Assembly (NCBI GenBank): GCA_010093605.1
Contig: MU004189.1
Location: forward strand, 1,123,834-1,187,833
Direction: 5' to 3'
Source of the DNA: Lophium mytilinum
Lineage: Eukaryota
DNA: 64,000 bases
Positions 35,086 to 49,300 of the stretch are shown here, piece after piece. The translations under genes and the position numbers were made by a program. The notes beneath the pieces are model-generated. The model made no database searches. It was not told the origin of the DNA and saw nothing but the letters and a program-made list of their open reading frames with translations. Numbering within the stretch: position 1 is the stretch's first letter; each line of letters opens with the position of its first letter.

Positions 35086-36321
35086 CTACTCGTCATCCGA
35101 GTCTTCCACACCCTGAAGTTCCTCATAGAGGAAGTTCCTGAGCTTCAGAGCACGGCGGCGTAGCCACTGATTGCGCATTGCCCGATCGAACGTGCGATTG
35201 AGCAGTGAAGCCTTGGGTGCTTCCCGTTCCGCTTGATCATCAGACGGTACGCTAGGCTCAGGATCGACGAGCTTTTCTGCCGCTCCCTGGTTGCTGCTCT
35301 TCGGGTCGTTCTCTGGGGGCTTCTCCTGCGAGTTGTCCCACTCTGCAGGGTTGTTATGTGATCCCTCAGGTGACTCCTCAATTAGGTCCCAGGCCATGGT
35401 GGCGGAGTCGCCTAACCGTTGTTCTTCGATTCCTTCAGGGGTTGGCGAAGTTGACTGGTTACGCGTTCCGCGATGGAAACGTGAAGAGAGGGGCAGACGA
35501 CGGTACCAGCGAGGTTCACGCTTCATTGTCTCTTCATCCTGGTCCTCTCCGTCCTCGTCTTGGCTCTCGCCAGCTTCGTAGGTAGATGGGGCATCCGCCG
35601 ACGGGACAACCGCCGATTGGGTGTTTCTTGGCCATGAGCTGGACCGTGTCCACCCAAAATCCACTCCTTCTGGCACCTCATCCCTATCCTGGACAAACGG
35701 CACGAGCGACTCCAAAAGAACGATCAATTGCTCCAGTTCTCCATCCAGATCCGGCAAATCTTCTTCTACGACGGACGTCAGACGGTCCTGGCCTTCTTGT
35801 TGCACGAACTCCCAATGCTTGGTCGGAACGAGGAACATGTGGGCGCAAGCATTGCGCAGAAGTCTTATGCGATGACGATATCGAGGCATATGATAGTCCC
35901 CATTCGCTCTTTGGGTATGGTCATACACCTTTAAGAACGTTTCGTAGCTCAGAATGAGCCGCTCGCAGAAGGCGTCCATGGCCATACGTTGTTCTGGCGT
36001 GGGGTTTTCGGGGTCGGCGGCCACGTCTACCCCCTCCTCGGTTTCATCGTCTGCAGCAAGCCATACCCTAAATTCAATGGGAACATGTGGCTGTTCTGGT
36101 TCCGGCTTTCGCAGGTCGGCCGCAGAGGCGAAGTGTTGGGCCGTCAGCTGGTTCTCGTTGATGTACGCTAAAGCGACACCAATGTGGTCCCGGCAGACCC
36201 GAGCGTTGTAGGTGATATCATTGATATCTTTGATATCGTCGAACCCAGGATATTCGCCAAGAAATCTCTGGGGGTCTATGGGGGCTTCGTTAACAGCGCT
36301 GGTAGAAGTTGTGGCAGACAT
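35086..36321 (-). CDS. Hypothetical acidic protein (~411 aa): helical N-terminal half, disordered C-terminal half
   Basis: Long uninterrupted ORF, first ATG at 36321; no family recognised. Confidence 0.72.
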   Translation of the reverse strand: MSATTSTSAVNEAPIDPQRFLGEYPGFDDIKDINDITYNARVCRDHIGVALAYINENQLTAQHFASAADLRKPEPEQPHVPIEFRVWLAADDETEEGVDVAADPENPTPEQRMAMDAFCERLILSYETFLKVYDHTQRANGDYHMPRYRHRIRLLRNACAHMFLVPTKHWEFVQQEGQDRLTSVVEEDLPDLDGELEQLIVLLESLVPFVQDRDEVPEGVDFGWTRSSSWPRNTQSAVVPSADAPSTYEAGESQDEDGEDQDEETMKREPRWYRRLPLSSRFHRGTRNQSTSPTPEGIEEQRLGDSATMAWDLIEESPEGSHNNPAEWDNSQEKPPENDPKSSNQGAAEKLVDPEPSVPSDDQAEREAPKASLLNRTFDRAMRNQWLRRRALKLRNFLYEELQGVEDSDDE

Positions 36322-37306
36322 AACAATACAAGATAACGTTGCTAAGAATACCAATGCGTGTGGGTGGTGGTCAGAAAGTGGGTGTAGATCTAAAATATGG
36401 AACTTTCAAAAGACATCTTTATATACCAGGGCTGATGCCACAAATCACTAAATGTGAAACATTGTACAAATACTGCCTCGGCGTGTCGAGATCAATGTCT
36501 GAGCACTACGCGTCGACGTGTCAGGCGGGCCTAGATTAACGCAGAGGGCCAGTAAATGTGAAAGAGTCCCTAAAGCAACATCACGCGTAACGTAAACAAT
36601 GACCATAACACCTCAACGATGCTCTTTGGAATGTGTAAGGATGTAGACGGGCCCCGAGTCGAGCTTGCATTGTTATATCTCGTAGCCTGGCAGACATTGG
36701 TATGAACAATGCATCTTTCTTTTTTTTGGCCATGGAGCTGATAATAGCTCTAGGGATATATGGGATGTTTAGTAGAAAAATGGACATATAGGAGGAGACT
36801 CTGTTCGGGCTGCGAATCTTTCAGACAACCGATTGTAGTACTAAAAGAGGTATTATCTCGGCAGCCTGGCGTGGTACCTTAACCGAGTTTTTCTGGGCTC
36901 CAAAGACTTGAGCTGCAGCTCCCGTGGTTTCATGTTTTCTGGCAGGAGTTCCGCCTGTGGATCCATCTGTGAAGCCGTCTTGTTCAAACACAACGCTGGC
37001 GCTGTGTACAGGTTTTGGTACCAGCCTCTAGGACGAGGCTGATGACTTGAGTAAAATCTTACTTTAAGGTGTGATATACCGCTAATGGCTATGATGCATA
37101 AACGCGGTTTGTGAGACGTGGAGGAGATGAGGAGATAAGAAAATAAGCAGGACCAAGAGAATATTTGAGATGATCTTGCCACAGGACAAGCACGATGTGT
37201 AGGAGCTTTGCAACTGAGAAAAGAAAATGCGGACGAGATGATTATATCATGAAGATGAACGATGTGCTCTGGTCGCAAACGAGCATCAATTGATTGCCCT
37301 TTGAGC

Positions 37307-39250
37307 TTATGATTGCTTCCCGAAACTCTCACTATCCACTGATTTCTTGTAAAACTTCACAGAGGAAGATTCTGGGTCCGTGTTGTATAATCCCAGCTCA
37401 CACCTCTTGCGGTGCATCACCTTAACGTAGACATATAGCCCGACCGCTGTAGACGGGACGGTGAGTACAACCCAAATCCAAATCCGCAAAAGGTCTGATA
37501 TGTATGCGCTTGATGTAAAAGATGGCATGGACAGAATGGCCTGGGTTTGACGTTAGTGGTTCCCACACAAGCACTGGAGTACGTTTGTCCAAGGCTAAGA
37601 GATGTAACATACCGCGAAAGAAGTTCCTGGAAGGAAACACATCGTGAGAAGCGCAATCTAGGGGATGAATTAGGTGAGACTATGTGGAAGATAGCCAATT
37701 GTTTTTCTCCTTGTCTTCATCGCAATGCTGTCCTCTTTCATGCTTATGGCGAGGTCCTGAGACCTTCGTGTGTCCTCTTGCGTTGCTCTGAGTATCTCCT
37801 GCATGCGATCGTCGTTCAGCAATTGCATGTTGTTGAATAACAAGGCAAGTATGTTGCTTGTCTTCCGCTTTAGCTCCTCGCGGAAGCCTCGCAGAGCCGT
37901 CATCTGGGAAATAATTTGATCAAATCCTTGGTCTATCCTCTGCCACTCCACCAGCTCGTCGACTGTATTGAAATGATCCGGGTCGATGACAGGACGGAGC
38001 TTTGCATGTAAAGTCTTCAACTCTAAAGCAATCTTATCCACGCGATCAAGCTCAGAGCCATATCTATACAGGTGTGCCGCCATGGTGTGGAGCTTTTTGT
38101 TGATAGCTGCGCTTGAGGTGACGGGCGCTAAAGCAGCAGAGGTCTCGAGGCCATCCTGTAGGCTGGGTTCCTAGGATGAAAGGTTAGCTTAGGTGCACAA
38201 TTGGCTCATGACAGTGCTTGGTGTATCATCGCCTTACTTCTGCTATCAGCTCGCGGTTGAAAGTGTCCAGAACATCGTTCCACCATGTGATGGAGTTGTT
38301 CAGATAAGCAAGATGGGCACAGAGAGGGTCAGACTGTGCTGTGGAAATTCGCAAGCTGTCCTGGATGGATGCGAAGGGGGCATTGATAAGATCCTTCCAG
38401 CGGCAGTCCTGGAAGTTTACCGAAATAACATTGACGATTGGTCATGGTGAATGTAGATAGCAATGTGAGAGCCACGAATATCTTCTCCTACTTCCGCTAG
38501 ATGGATGTAGTAGAATGGATTCATCTGATGGGCCGCAGCATGACTGCCCCTGTGAGCCTCATTGCCATCTGATTTCACGCACTTCGTGCGAACGCGGACT
38601 GGGACCAGACACCAGTGGTCAAATGACCCGGTCATGTCCAGAGATCTGAAGCCTGTCCCACTCGTTTGCCAGTGCTTACAGATGGCTGTGATGAAACCTG
38701 TGGGAGCATCGAAGTACTGAAGAATATGGCGGAAAGCCGACGAGCTCGCCGAGAGCCTTACTTGACGATCATCATAGACGTGTTCGTCTTGGATTATTTC
38801 ACTACCATTTGTTATCACAGGGCTTGATCGTAAACAATTGGGTATCTTACAGAATCTTGAAAGCGGCTGAGGAATCCTATCACGTGATTTTAGTCAGCAA
38901 CGACTCCTAGTATTGTGTAACGAGGACTGGTTGAGGGAATTATTACTAAGTAATCTTTCACGGCAGAGTTACTGGTGAGGAAATCATCTATGAGCAATCA
39001 GTCAATTCAAGACCTTTAGTTGGAGAGGGGCTTTTGCGACCTGTTGTGGCTGCGCCACTGCGGGCGAGGCGGCGTATTTTACTGAATTGCGCTAGGTTCT
39101 TTGCTTCGAATTCAAGGTACTCCTCGGTCAAATTTGGCCTAGAAGCTCTATATTGGCAAAGGCAATGGGTTAGTATTAGATCAGGCTATGGGGAAAGGTT
39201 TCAACTGACAAGGCTGGGACACACGTCGTCAGATCCAGGCGGGCATCCAT
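37307..39250 (-). pseudogene. Multi-exon fungal CorA-like (coiled coil + two C-terminal TM helices) gene, apparently disrupted
   Basis: Spliced C-terminus DSIAMKT/IALLTMCFLPGTSFA/AILSMP..WIWVVLTVP is typical of fungal CorA-like proteins. Frameshift near 38432, and no GT donor for the 54-nt intron 37711-37658. 5' exon structure approximate. Confidence 0.72.
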
Positions 39251-39931
39251 GGCGGCTCCTTGTTGCTAGCCTGAAAAAGAAGAACAGTCTTTCTTCTCAG
39301 CTCCCAAATTACACGGTAAATGTCTAAGTGATTGTGGTGTGAATGAGCGGAGGATTTCGAAAGAACGAGGAGCTGAGGGTGGGGTTGCTCATTTGAAGCT
39401 TTGGCGAACGCTCAGCCCCGGGTGAGCTTTTTTTTACACAGCCCTCCCCATGATTTGCAGTATAGGCAGCAAGGCATCCTCAGCACCATGTTCAGGCTGA
39501 ATATTTCCCCACTCCTAGATTTGGAGGACAGCACTCATTCATGGAACAGTAATCGAACAAATTAGTCCCTAATACTGTCGTCGAGCATCTGGGACTCTTC
39601 TATCTGGACTTCACAACCGGATAGCGCTCAAAGTCATCGATGAGGCACTACCCAGCTGACCATTCCCGCAATGGCTTTCCAAACAATCCTGTATCGTCTA
39701 CAAGACAGCCAAATTTTAATGACTATAAGCCTGTATTTTCATCATATCAGCAATTTTCAACTCGCCCAATTTGCGCGATAGTAGGATAAATGCTCCTCCC
39801 GCTCCTCCTTATCAAAAATCCTCAAACCCGATCAAGAAATTTCCGGTAGCCATATCTGTCATCCAAATGCAAGCCCTCACTTAAAACGATCTATCCGCCC
39901 CACTCTTATTAATTTCCAGGTATACTAACCC

Positions 39932-40136
39932 TATAGAATTCTTAATATATAGTTAATATTTAGATATTATATATATAATATATAGATTTACTATAGAAAC
40001 GCCTTTCTATATAGATCTAGTATAATTAAGGCCTATATAGGCCTCTCTAATATATATATAAACTAGCTAGATTTCTATATAGAATTAATATCTATTATTC
40101 TCTAAATTCTTATATTATATAATTAGAAATATTATA
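39932..40136 (+). repeat. 5' LTR (205 bp, heavily RIPed)
   Basis: Aligns end to end with 49517-49721; the differences seen are transitions. Followed by TCTAGTAGC (de-RIPed TGGTAGC would be a Ty3-like PBS; inference). Confidence 0.93.
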
Positions 40137-40167
40137 TCTAGTAGCTTAGTTATAGTTCTAGCCGCCT

Positions 40168-40177
40168 NNNNNNNNNN
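40168..40177. other. Assembly gap (10 N) with ~50-bp sequence duplicated on both sides
   Basis: 40118-40167 is repeated at 40178-40227, which indicates unmerged overlapping contigs. Confidence 0.9.
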
Positions 40178-42559
40178 ATATAATTAGAAATATTATATCT
40201 AGTAGCTTAGTTATAGTTCTAGCCGCCTTTAAGGCCTCCTTAGAGGGCTATTAGGTTCTTAAACTTAATAGTATAGAGCTAGCTAAGGCTATATTCTTAT
40301 AATTAACTCTTAGTAATAATAAAAGATATTAGCTTCTATAATTAGTAGAATTTTTAGATTATTATAATAATACTAAGCCGTATTAATAGTTTCTGTAAAT
40401 TAACCTAATTAGTAATTAATAATAACTATTAATAATAGCCCCTAATTAGTATTAGGCCGGCGTTATAGTATAACCGCCTATTATAAATATTCTTATAAAA
40501 ATTAAACAGTATAGGTCTAAAGAACCCTTAGCTAGAATATTACTATAGGATTTTTCTATCCCTTTTAATACTTCTACGTAACTAACTACGCGTTCTATTA
40601 GCTGCCGAAGTAAGATTAATAGTAGGACGGTAAGAAGAATAATATTATAGCTTAATAGAGCCTAATAATTATATAGTAATTAGAAATCCTTATAAGTTAA
40701 TTATAAGAAGAAGGCGGAGGAGTTCTTTTAAGAATCCTTCTTCTCTAACGGGATATTAAAAAGCATTTAAGAAAGAAACTTAATATTACTATCTTAGCAC
40801 TCTTTTCTTACTCTTTACTTTAATTATATTATAGTTATTAACTCTTTTCTACTCTTTCTTATTCTTAGATATTCTATAACCCTTAGCTTTCTTTTATATC
40901 TAGTAATAGATATTATTACTTTAATAGATTACCTTTTAACCTTTAAGAACTCTTTTAAAGGCTCTCTTAGTTTAGCACTATATCTTATAATCTATTTAAT
41001 CTAATATTAGCCTTATAGACTAAGTAGGCTACTATTCTAGAACCTATTAAGCTACTAGTTTAAGGTTCTCTAATTATTTATAGTAGTGCCCTAGCCTATA
41101 ATCTAGAGCTTATCTATTAAGGGCTATTATTTACGCCTTCTTTAGATAGCTATTAATGCTTCTAAGCCCCTATAATAGAGTATATAATAGATTACTAGAG
41201 ACTAGAACTCTTTAGTTTTATATTAGCTCCGCCTATATAATAGTAGTAGGCTACTATACTAGAATAGCTATAAGCTATAGTCTCTAATTACTATACCCGC
41301 GTTAAGAACGTATTAGATAACCCCTAGCAGTAGCCTACTTCTTAGAGTGCTACTAACTCCCGGGGTCTATTATCTAACGCTTTCTTAGATTATCTAATGC
41401 TAGACTATAATAAGCCTTTATTAGAATAAACTATATAAGAGCTTTAATAAGCCTTTAAAAGAATATTAGCTATAAGAGAACCTTATTTAATAGCGCTACC
41501 TAAAGTTCTTATAAGAACTTCTGCTATATAGTTAGGTAAAGTTAATAATAATATATACTTTATCTAGATAGTTTAAATATATAACTTTATTACTATATAA
41601 GCGGACGCCTATTAATAGGTTTACTAGTAGATGCTAGAAACTTAAAAGATTTAGCTGGCCGGCAGCTATATAGCTAGAACTGTGGCTATTTAATAAAACT
41701 AAAATATTTAATAGTACTACTAAGGTAATACTAAGTTTACTATATTAGATTAGTTTTTTACTACCTTTAGCCGCTGCTATAAGAGCGTAGATACGCCGGA
41801 GTAACACTAATGCCGCTTTAATAAAATAGTATAGATAACTAGTACTTATTAGTTCTTTAATAAGCTTATTAGGGCTACTTATATATACTCTCTTAATATA
41901 GCTCTATCTAATCTTAAAGTATATTAATATGCCTACGCAGGTTTAAAACCTAGCCTTAAGTTTTATATTAACGCCTAAGCGTAGGCCCCTTCTAATTTTA
42001 ATAAATAGATAGCGTAGGTTACTACTACTAATAAGTATTAGATCTTCTAGTATAAGAGAATAAAAGACTATTAGGGCCGCCTTAATACTATCTCTAGGGC
42101 TAATAAAGAATTAAATAATAATTACTTTTAAGAAACTAATATTAATTCTAATAAATATAAATATCTAGATACTAAAGATAATACTAAACTTAACGCCTTT
42201 AAAGGCAGAAATACTACTAGATTTTAAGAACGCGGTTAAGGCTATAGCAGATGCAGTAAAGGTAATACTTAATAGAATACTAATACGCGTAAGTACTATA
42301 ATTATAGTAAAAAGGGCTATATTAAACGCAACTGCACTTAGCTAGCTAAGAAGCTATTAGAAAACTAGGAGGGTTAGTAGCCTTAGAGTAACTAACTAAC
42401 CTAAAAAATAAGACTTCTACTTTTTATAAACTTATAATAGAAAAGAATTAGCCGCCCTTTAATAATTCTTCTAACTAAATTATTATTAAATTAATAGAAG
42501 AAAGAATCTACTACCTTAACTCTCTAGGTAAATATCTTTTAGAATATAAGAGAACTTTA

Positions 42560-45500
42560 GAACTATCTAACTATTAGAAAAGAACTACCTTCTTAATTAA
42601 CTATGGCGCTAATTCTATCTATATATTATTAAAGCATACTTAATATTAGCTAAGAAATATTAAAATAATAGCCTCTAAGGCAGTTAAACTCCCCTTAGGT
42701 GCAACTATAATTAGTATAAAAGCCTTAGAGATTCTATTTAAGATCTATATACTATTAGGTACTCTAACTATATATATTCTAGACCTTAAAGGGTATTAAT
42801 ATATTCTTAGTATAACCTAGCTATAGTAATACTAAGCTATTATTAACTTCTTTACTAATTCTATTACCTTATAAACGCAGGTTAGCCGCAACCTAAAGAT
42901 TAAACTAGTAGCTTATTAGCTTAATATATTAAGCCCTATTATAGACCTTAGTCTTTCTAAACTAGAATACTAGGGTTTTATTAATGCAATATCCTATTAG
43001 AAGTATAAGAGGCTCTTAGTAGATAAGCTTAATTCTACTTACCTTTATATTATAAAAGCTTCTAATAAACTAATGCTAGATTAGGTACTATAACCTAGTA
43101 CTAATCCGCTATTAGAAGATAAGAATTTATTACCTCTAATTAATTATATTACTACTTCTATGCAAGAAAAGTTTTAAGAGCTTCTTAAAGAGTATAGACC
43201 TTATTTCTATAATATCCTTTCTAATATTCTACCGCCTAAGCATAGATATAACTATCTAATTAATACTAGAAATATAAAGCTAGTAAATAATGCTATATAC
43301 CGCCTCTTATATTATTAAATAGAAGAATAGACCTAATAAATCTATAAGCTACTAGAATAGGGCCTTATCTAAGAGTCTATTAGTGCCTAGAGATTTCTAG
43401 TTCTTTTTATTCTAAAGCTAAATAGTAAGTAGTAAATATATATTAACTATAGAGCCCTTAATCTAGTAACCTAGAAAAATACCTACCCTCTACTATATAT
43501 TAATAACTACCTATAGTTATTTAGAAAGGTTAGGTTCTTTACTAAGATTAATTTAACCTCTAGATATTACTAGCTGCGCGTTTATTAATTAGATGTCTAT
43601 AAGACTACTTTTAATATAATTAAAGGGAAATTTAAATTTCTAGTTATATCTTTTAGCCTCTATAATGCTTCTACTACCTTTTAAGCTATTATAAATAATA
43701 CCTTACAACTATATCTATATTAATTTATGCTTATCTATATAGATAATATTATAGTATTTTTAGAAATATTAGAAGAGTATTTTAACTACCTCTAATTATT
43801 ATTTAAAGCTCTTAGAAAGGAATAACTATTTACTAAAACTAATAAGTACTTAATTACTTAAGAAACTATTAAGTTCTATAGCTATATAGTTTCTTATAGA
43901 ACTATAAAACTAATAACTAATAAACTAGACACTATTTAGCGTTAGCCTATTTCTACTAACGTCTATAAGGTCTAATAGTTTATTAGACTAGTAATATACT
44001 ATTAAAAGTTTATTAAAAACTTTACCTATATATTAGCACCTCTCTATAAGCTTCTAAAGAAAAGTAACGCCGCAATATAAAAGAAAAAGTACTAAGCTAT
44101 TATATAGAATATTAGCTATTAAATTACTTTTAACTCTCTTAAGTAAAAGCTTATTAAACGCCCTATGCTCACTTTTATTAACTAGTTAAAGCCCTTTTAG
44201 ATTAAAATAGACGCTTCTAATTTTACTATTAGAATAGTCCTTCTCTAATAAAGAGAAGACAGCAAGTAGCACCCTATTATATTTAACAGTTAGAAGCTTA
44301 ATAAAGCTAAATTAAACTATCTAGTTTATAAAAAGAAACTTCTAGCGATTAAAGAAGTGCTTAGAATTTAGTAATACTATATTTAAGAGAAAGAATTAAT
44401 AATTATAACTAATTACTACTTGTTATAATACCTATAAACTACTAAGAAAGCCTTACTAAGGCTTACTTAATAGATTAAGAATTTCTAGTAGTATAACCCT
44501 ATAATATAGTATTACTTAGAAGCCCTTATAATAGTGCTAGACGCAATTAGTAGGCGCCCTAATTTTATCTAAAAACGCCTTACAGCCCTCTTTAAGTATA
44601 AAGATTCTAATATAGAGTATATTAAAGATTTAAAGAAGTTTCTTATAATAGGCCTTAAGCCTACTCTCTCTAAATAGCTATTAGAGGCTAAATTAAAATA
44701 ATACTAGCTTTACTACTAAAGAATCTATCTATCCCTATATTAGAACTTTATAATTCTAAAAGAAGAACTACGCTATTACTTTTATAAACCTAATAGTAAT
44801 TTAAATCTATATACTCTTAAGAATACTATACTATATATTACACCTTCCTATTATTAATAGGTTTTTAATAGAACCTACTAGCTAGGCTACTTTATATACC
44901 GCGGTATATAGAAGGCCCTGTAAGTATATAGCTAGTAGCTAATAATAAGTTATAATACTAATAAATACGCTTATAAGTATACCTTATGCTAGCTAGTATA
45001 GAAGGGGAAGATTATTTATAAACTAATATTTTATTAGGTTAAAGATTAAGATCTATTTAATAAATAGGGCATTAATTTAATTAGCAGATTACTATAATTA
45101 ATCTACGGAAATTACTAGATTATTACTACTATTAATTACGCTATAGGTTAGCCTAAAGCTGCTGCACTTTTTAATACTTAAGCTAAGACTATAGTAATAT
45201 TTATCTATAAAAGAATCTACTACTAGTATAAACCTCTAGTAGTATTTACTTCTAATAATAGTTTAAACTTTCTTTCTAAAGTTATTATAGTACTATAAAA
45301 GCTTATTAAGACTTACTATAATATTATAATGCTATATTACCCTTAGGTAAATAGTAAGATAGAAAGGCTTAATAGAGTCTTAGAAAATATTCTTATAAAG
45401 CTAATAATTAATTAAGATATAGCTATATAGAATACCTAGTTACCGGCTACAGTATATATAATACGCACTTAAAATACCTTCTATAGCTATACTCCCTACT

Positions 45501-46330
45501 ACCTTATATATAGTAGACGTCCTTAAGTACCTAATAATACTTTAGTACTAGCTCTTAATAAGACTGCAGATAAAGAAGCTAAATTAGAGTATTATTTAGC
45601 CTGCATTAGGAAAGTTTAATATACGCGCGTACTAGTAGAAGATTAGCTACTAAAGAAAGTAATTATAGCAGGCCTATAGAATCTATAACCTCTATCTAAA
45701 AAGTATCTAGTTACTTAATAGAAGATTAGTTTCTAGGTACTTCTTTAAAATAAGATTAAGAGGAAATTTAGAGTAAAATAGTTTAGTCTATTTAAGATTA
45801 TTACTACTTATTCTCTTAGTACCTATATACTTTAAACGCCTACTAATTAAGTATTAAAGAACCTTATTTATAGCAATAGATTAGTAAATATACGCATTAA
45901 TACTTATATAAAGTTTTAGAACTAAAAAGACCCTAAATATAGCTTAAAACGTTCTAATAATATATTAGAAGATAACTAAGCACTTTAGAACTAAGAGAAT
46001 TTTAATAACGCTAATAAAGAGCGTGCTGCATATTAAAAAGAAGTTAAACCTAGTAATAACGCTATCGCGGATGCATTAGATGCAGATAATACTAATAGAA
46101 AGCTATAGTCTAAGTTTACTATAATTTCTAAAGTAGAATAGAATTAAAAGATTACTAAGTATTAATTAAAATAGTAGTATAAGGGCGCGGAGCTCTTCTA
46201 GAAAGAAGAAAAGAATACTTAAAAACCGCCTAAACTAAAGCCATATTAAATACTAAGAGATTTTAAAAAAAAAGTTTTTAAAAGAGACTAATAGGCTACT
46301 AAGAAAAAGAGACCTAAAAAGGGTTAATTA
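42560..46330 (+). pseudogene. RIP-mutated pol (protease, RT, RNase H, integrase); limits approximate
   Basis: De-RIPed motifs: FLIDCGA (~42591); PVLF.PK..GKWRMCIDYRALN..T.KN.YPLP (~43390-43500); YIDDI (~43735); ETDASD (~44205); WGIDLIG (~45065); SDNG (~45251); PQ.NGK.ERLN (~45340); W.GPF (~45780). Confidence 0.88.
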
Positions 46331-49300
46331 ACTATTATACTAGTATAGGTTACTAGCTTTATAGTTATATAATATAAAGATATAGGTAAGACTACTATAA
46401 ATACCTATTAGAAAGTTTATATGCATAAGCTAAAGATAAGTTAAGATAAGCTTAATATTCTATAGGGAACTAGTAATTATATAGTACCTATAGAATAACC
46501 TAATAATATATTAGTACTAGCTATAAATACTAATAATAGAAAACTATTAGAAATAGCTTAAGATAGTAATAGAACACCTAAGAGTATAAATACTGCTATC
46601 TAATTACCTAATACTATGCACTAAGATAATAATAAGTATAATAGGGATACTATTATTATACGGCTAAGGGGTAATACTATTATTTAAACTAATAATACTG
46701 CGGAGCTATAGAATAAAGGAATTAACTTAAGAGCTAAGAATACTAAAATACGCATAAATAATAAGTTCTTAGATAAGAATACTAACTCTAATATTTAATT
46801 AGAGAGCTTCTCTAGTAGTAATACTAGTATAATAGATATTAAAGATAATAAGAATACTAGTAGTAATTATAAGTTAGATTTAGATAGTAATTTTAATATA
46901 CCTATAATATAACCTACCTAAGCTCTTAATATAGAGCTGCGCGGAAGAAAGCGTAAGAAAGCTTAAATAGCGCTTCTATTCTAAGCTAATAGAGTATTAG
47001 AAGAACTCTATATATTTATTACCTAGATTTCCTTTATTAATTTAGATTTAAGTATTTAATTCTTTATTATTACTTATTTAGCTATATTTTATCTTTAGAG
47101 AATTAAAAAGATAATAAATTTAAGAATCTATATTAGAGATTAACTAAGCTAAGCTTATACTTCTATTATACTTAACCCTTCTTATATCTAGAAGGGGAGG
47201 GAAAATTAACGCTTTTCTATTAATACTAGCTAAGCTAATATACTCTTAGTTCTTCTAGGTAGCTATTCTACTACTAGAACTTCTTCTACTAGGACTTCTA
47301 TAGCTACTACTACTACTAGAATAGCTATTATTATTCTTCTAAGGCTATTTTAGAGGCGCGCTCTAAGTTAATATATTTTAGCTATACTTACTAGCCCTAT
47401 TCTCCTAGAGAATAGTATTTAAAGAGCCTATTTAATACTAAGTAGAGTTTAAAGAGGTCTCTCTAGTAGAGTTATTATTATTACTAATAGATAACTAGAA
47501 TAAGTAATAGCTTAATAGTATATTAGGAGTAGGCTCTTAAAAGCGCTATAGAGAACTTAAAGAAGAATAATAAGAGGTTAAAGAAGTTAGAGAAGTTAAA
47601 GGCTAAGTAGAAGAGGTTAGAGAGTATTACTTTAGACCTTAAGTACTAGAATCTAAAGTAGCTATATTTTCTAAACCTAATATAGCTATAGATAATTACT
47701 AAAAGCTAAATCTTAAACTAGAAGTCTAAGTAGAAGCACTACTAGAGCCCTATAGGTAATATTAAGCTATTAGAGATTTAAAAGTATAAGAAATACCTAG
47801 ATTATATAGTAGTATAGTAGTCTTTCTTTAAATTAATTCTATTAGCAGCTATATAGCTAAGGCTAAGCGTACTATATTTTTAGCTAGGTTCTTAAGAAAT
47901 TCTTAGTTGTAAAGAGAAGATATAAACTTAGTAATATTATAGCAACCTTATTAAATGTAAGCCCTAGTAGTCTTCTAATAAGCTATTAGAGTCTACCCTT
48001 CTATAATAGGTATTAGCTAAGTTCTAAAATACTCTAAAAGTAAAGCTAAACTTACCTTAGAATAAATAAGTCCTCTTACTATCCTGCTAATAATATTCTA
48101 TATAGAATTCTTAGTAGAGAGAAGAACTATCTAGATTATAAGCCTAAATATATTTACTAAACTAATAGCCTTCTAAAAATATTCTTAAGTAGTAGTTATA
48201 GGCTCTAAAGATAGAAGAAGCCCTAGAATTCTTACTATAATCTACTCTTAAGCCTAAATACTATTTAAGAAGCCCTATAAAGTATAAAGTATAGCTATAG
48301 TTCTTATTTAAAATTAGTTTATTATTTCTAATATTACTAAGAAACCCTTAAAGTAGTATATTCCTCTAAGCTCTACTACTACCTTTAAACTTTAGGGGGT
48401 ATTTAGCATAGTTTAAATAATTAGAAGCTATAGCATAGTATTAAAAGGCTTAAGAAAGTAAAATAGAGTTATTAAAGACTATTAGCTATATATAGTATAG
48501 ATTATAGAACCTCTAGACTATTAGAAGGTTAATAATTAATATAAGTATAATAGTAACTAGATCTTATTAGCTTTATTAAAAGAAAGAGCTAAACTATTAT
48601 TAGAAACTTACTATAGGCCTATAAGGCTTTATAAGCTAAGATACCTAAGTATTTATAAGAGTGTAGAACCTTATAACTATAGCTAGGGTCTAAAGAATTA
48701 TTGCCTTTATTATCTCTACCTCTTCTATAGAGTAAGCTAGAGGCTATAGAACCTAGCTAGGTATTAAGTAATATTATAATACTAACTTAGAGTAAGAAGA
48801 AGTAGCCTAGAAGCTAAGAGAGAGAGAGTTTTAATAAAGAAATTAATAAAGAAAGATAATAGTAATAAGAAGAGAAGCTATAAGAGTCTTTAATAAACCT
48901 TTAAAGCTAAAAGAAGCTTAAACCTTAAAGAAGAAAGTTAAGTATAGAAGAAAGAATATAAGAGTATTAAGAAGGCCTTATATATACTTTAGATTCTTAA
49001 ATTTATTACTTCTAAATTACTACTTACTACTCTATAATATACTAATAGCTTCTTAAACCTATATAAGATTATAAGCTTCTTACTAGATTATAAGAGACTT
49101 TATAAGATCTCTAATAAGTCTATTATTAGCTATTATAGCTCTAATTATATATTAGAACCTAATGCGCGCTAGTATACTAATATTTATATTACTTTATAAT
49201 TCCCTCTATTATAAATACTTTATAATCTCTTTTAATTCTTTCTTACTATTAAGCTATTAAATATTCTAATACCTTTATTATCCCCTCTACTAATATAGTA

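Noticed and set aside
39541..39870. Upstream exon of the gene putatively split by the Gypsy element
   Set aside because: The stop density is about what random sequence gives, and no convincing donor site was found.
40118..40227. Apparent 50-bp tandem duplication at the 5' LTR/PBS
   Set aside because: The copies flank a 10-N gap, so this is a scaffolding overlap artefact.
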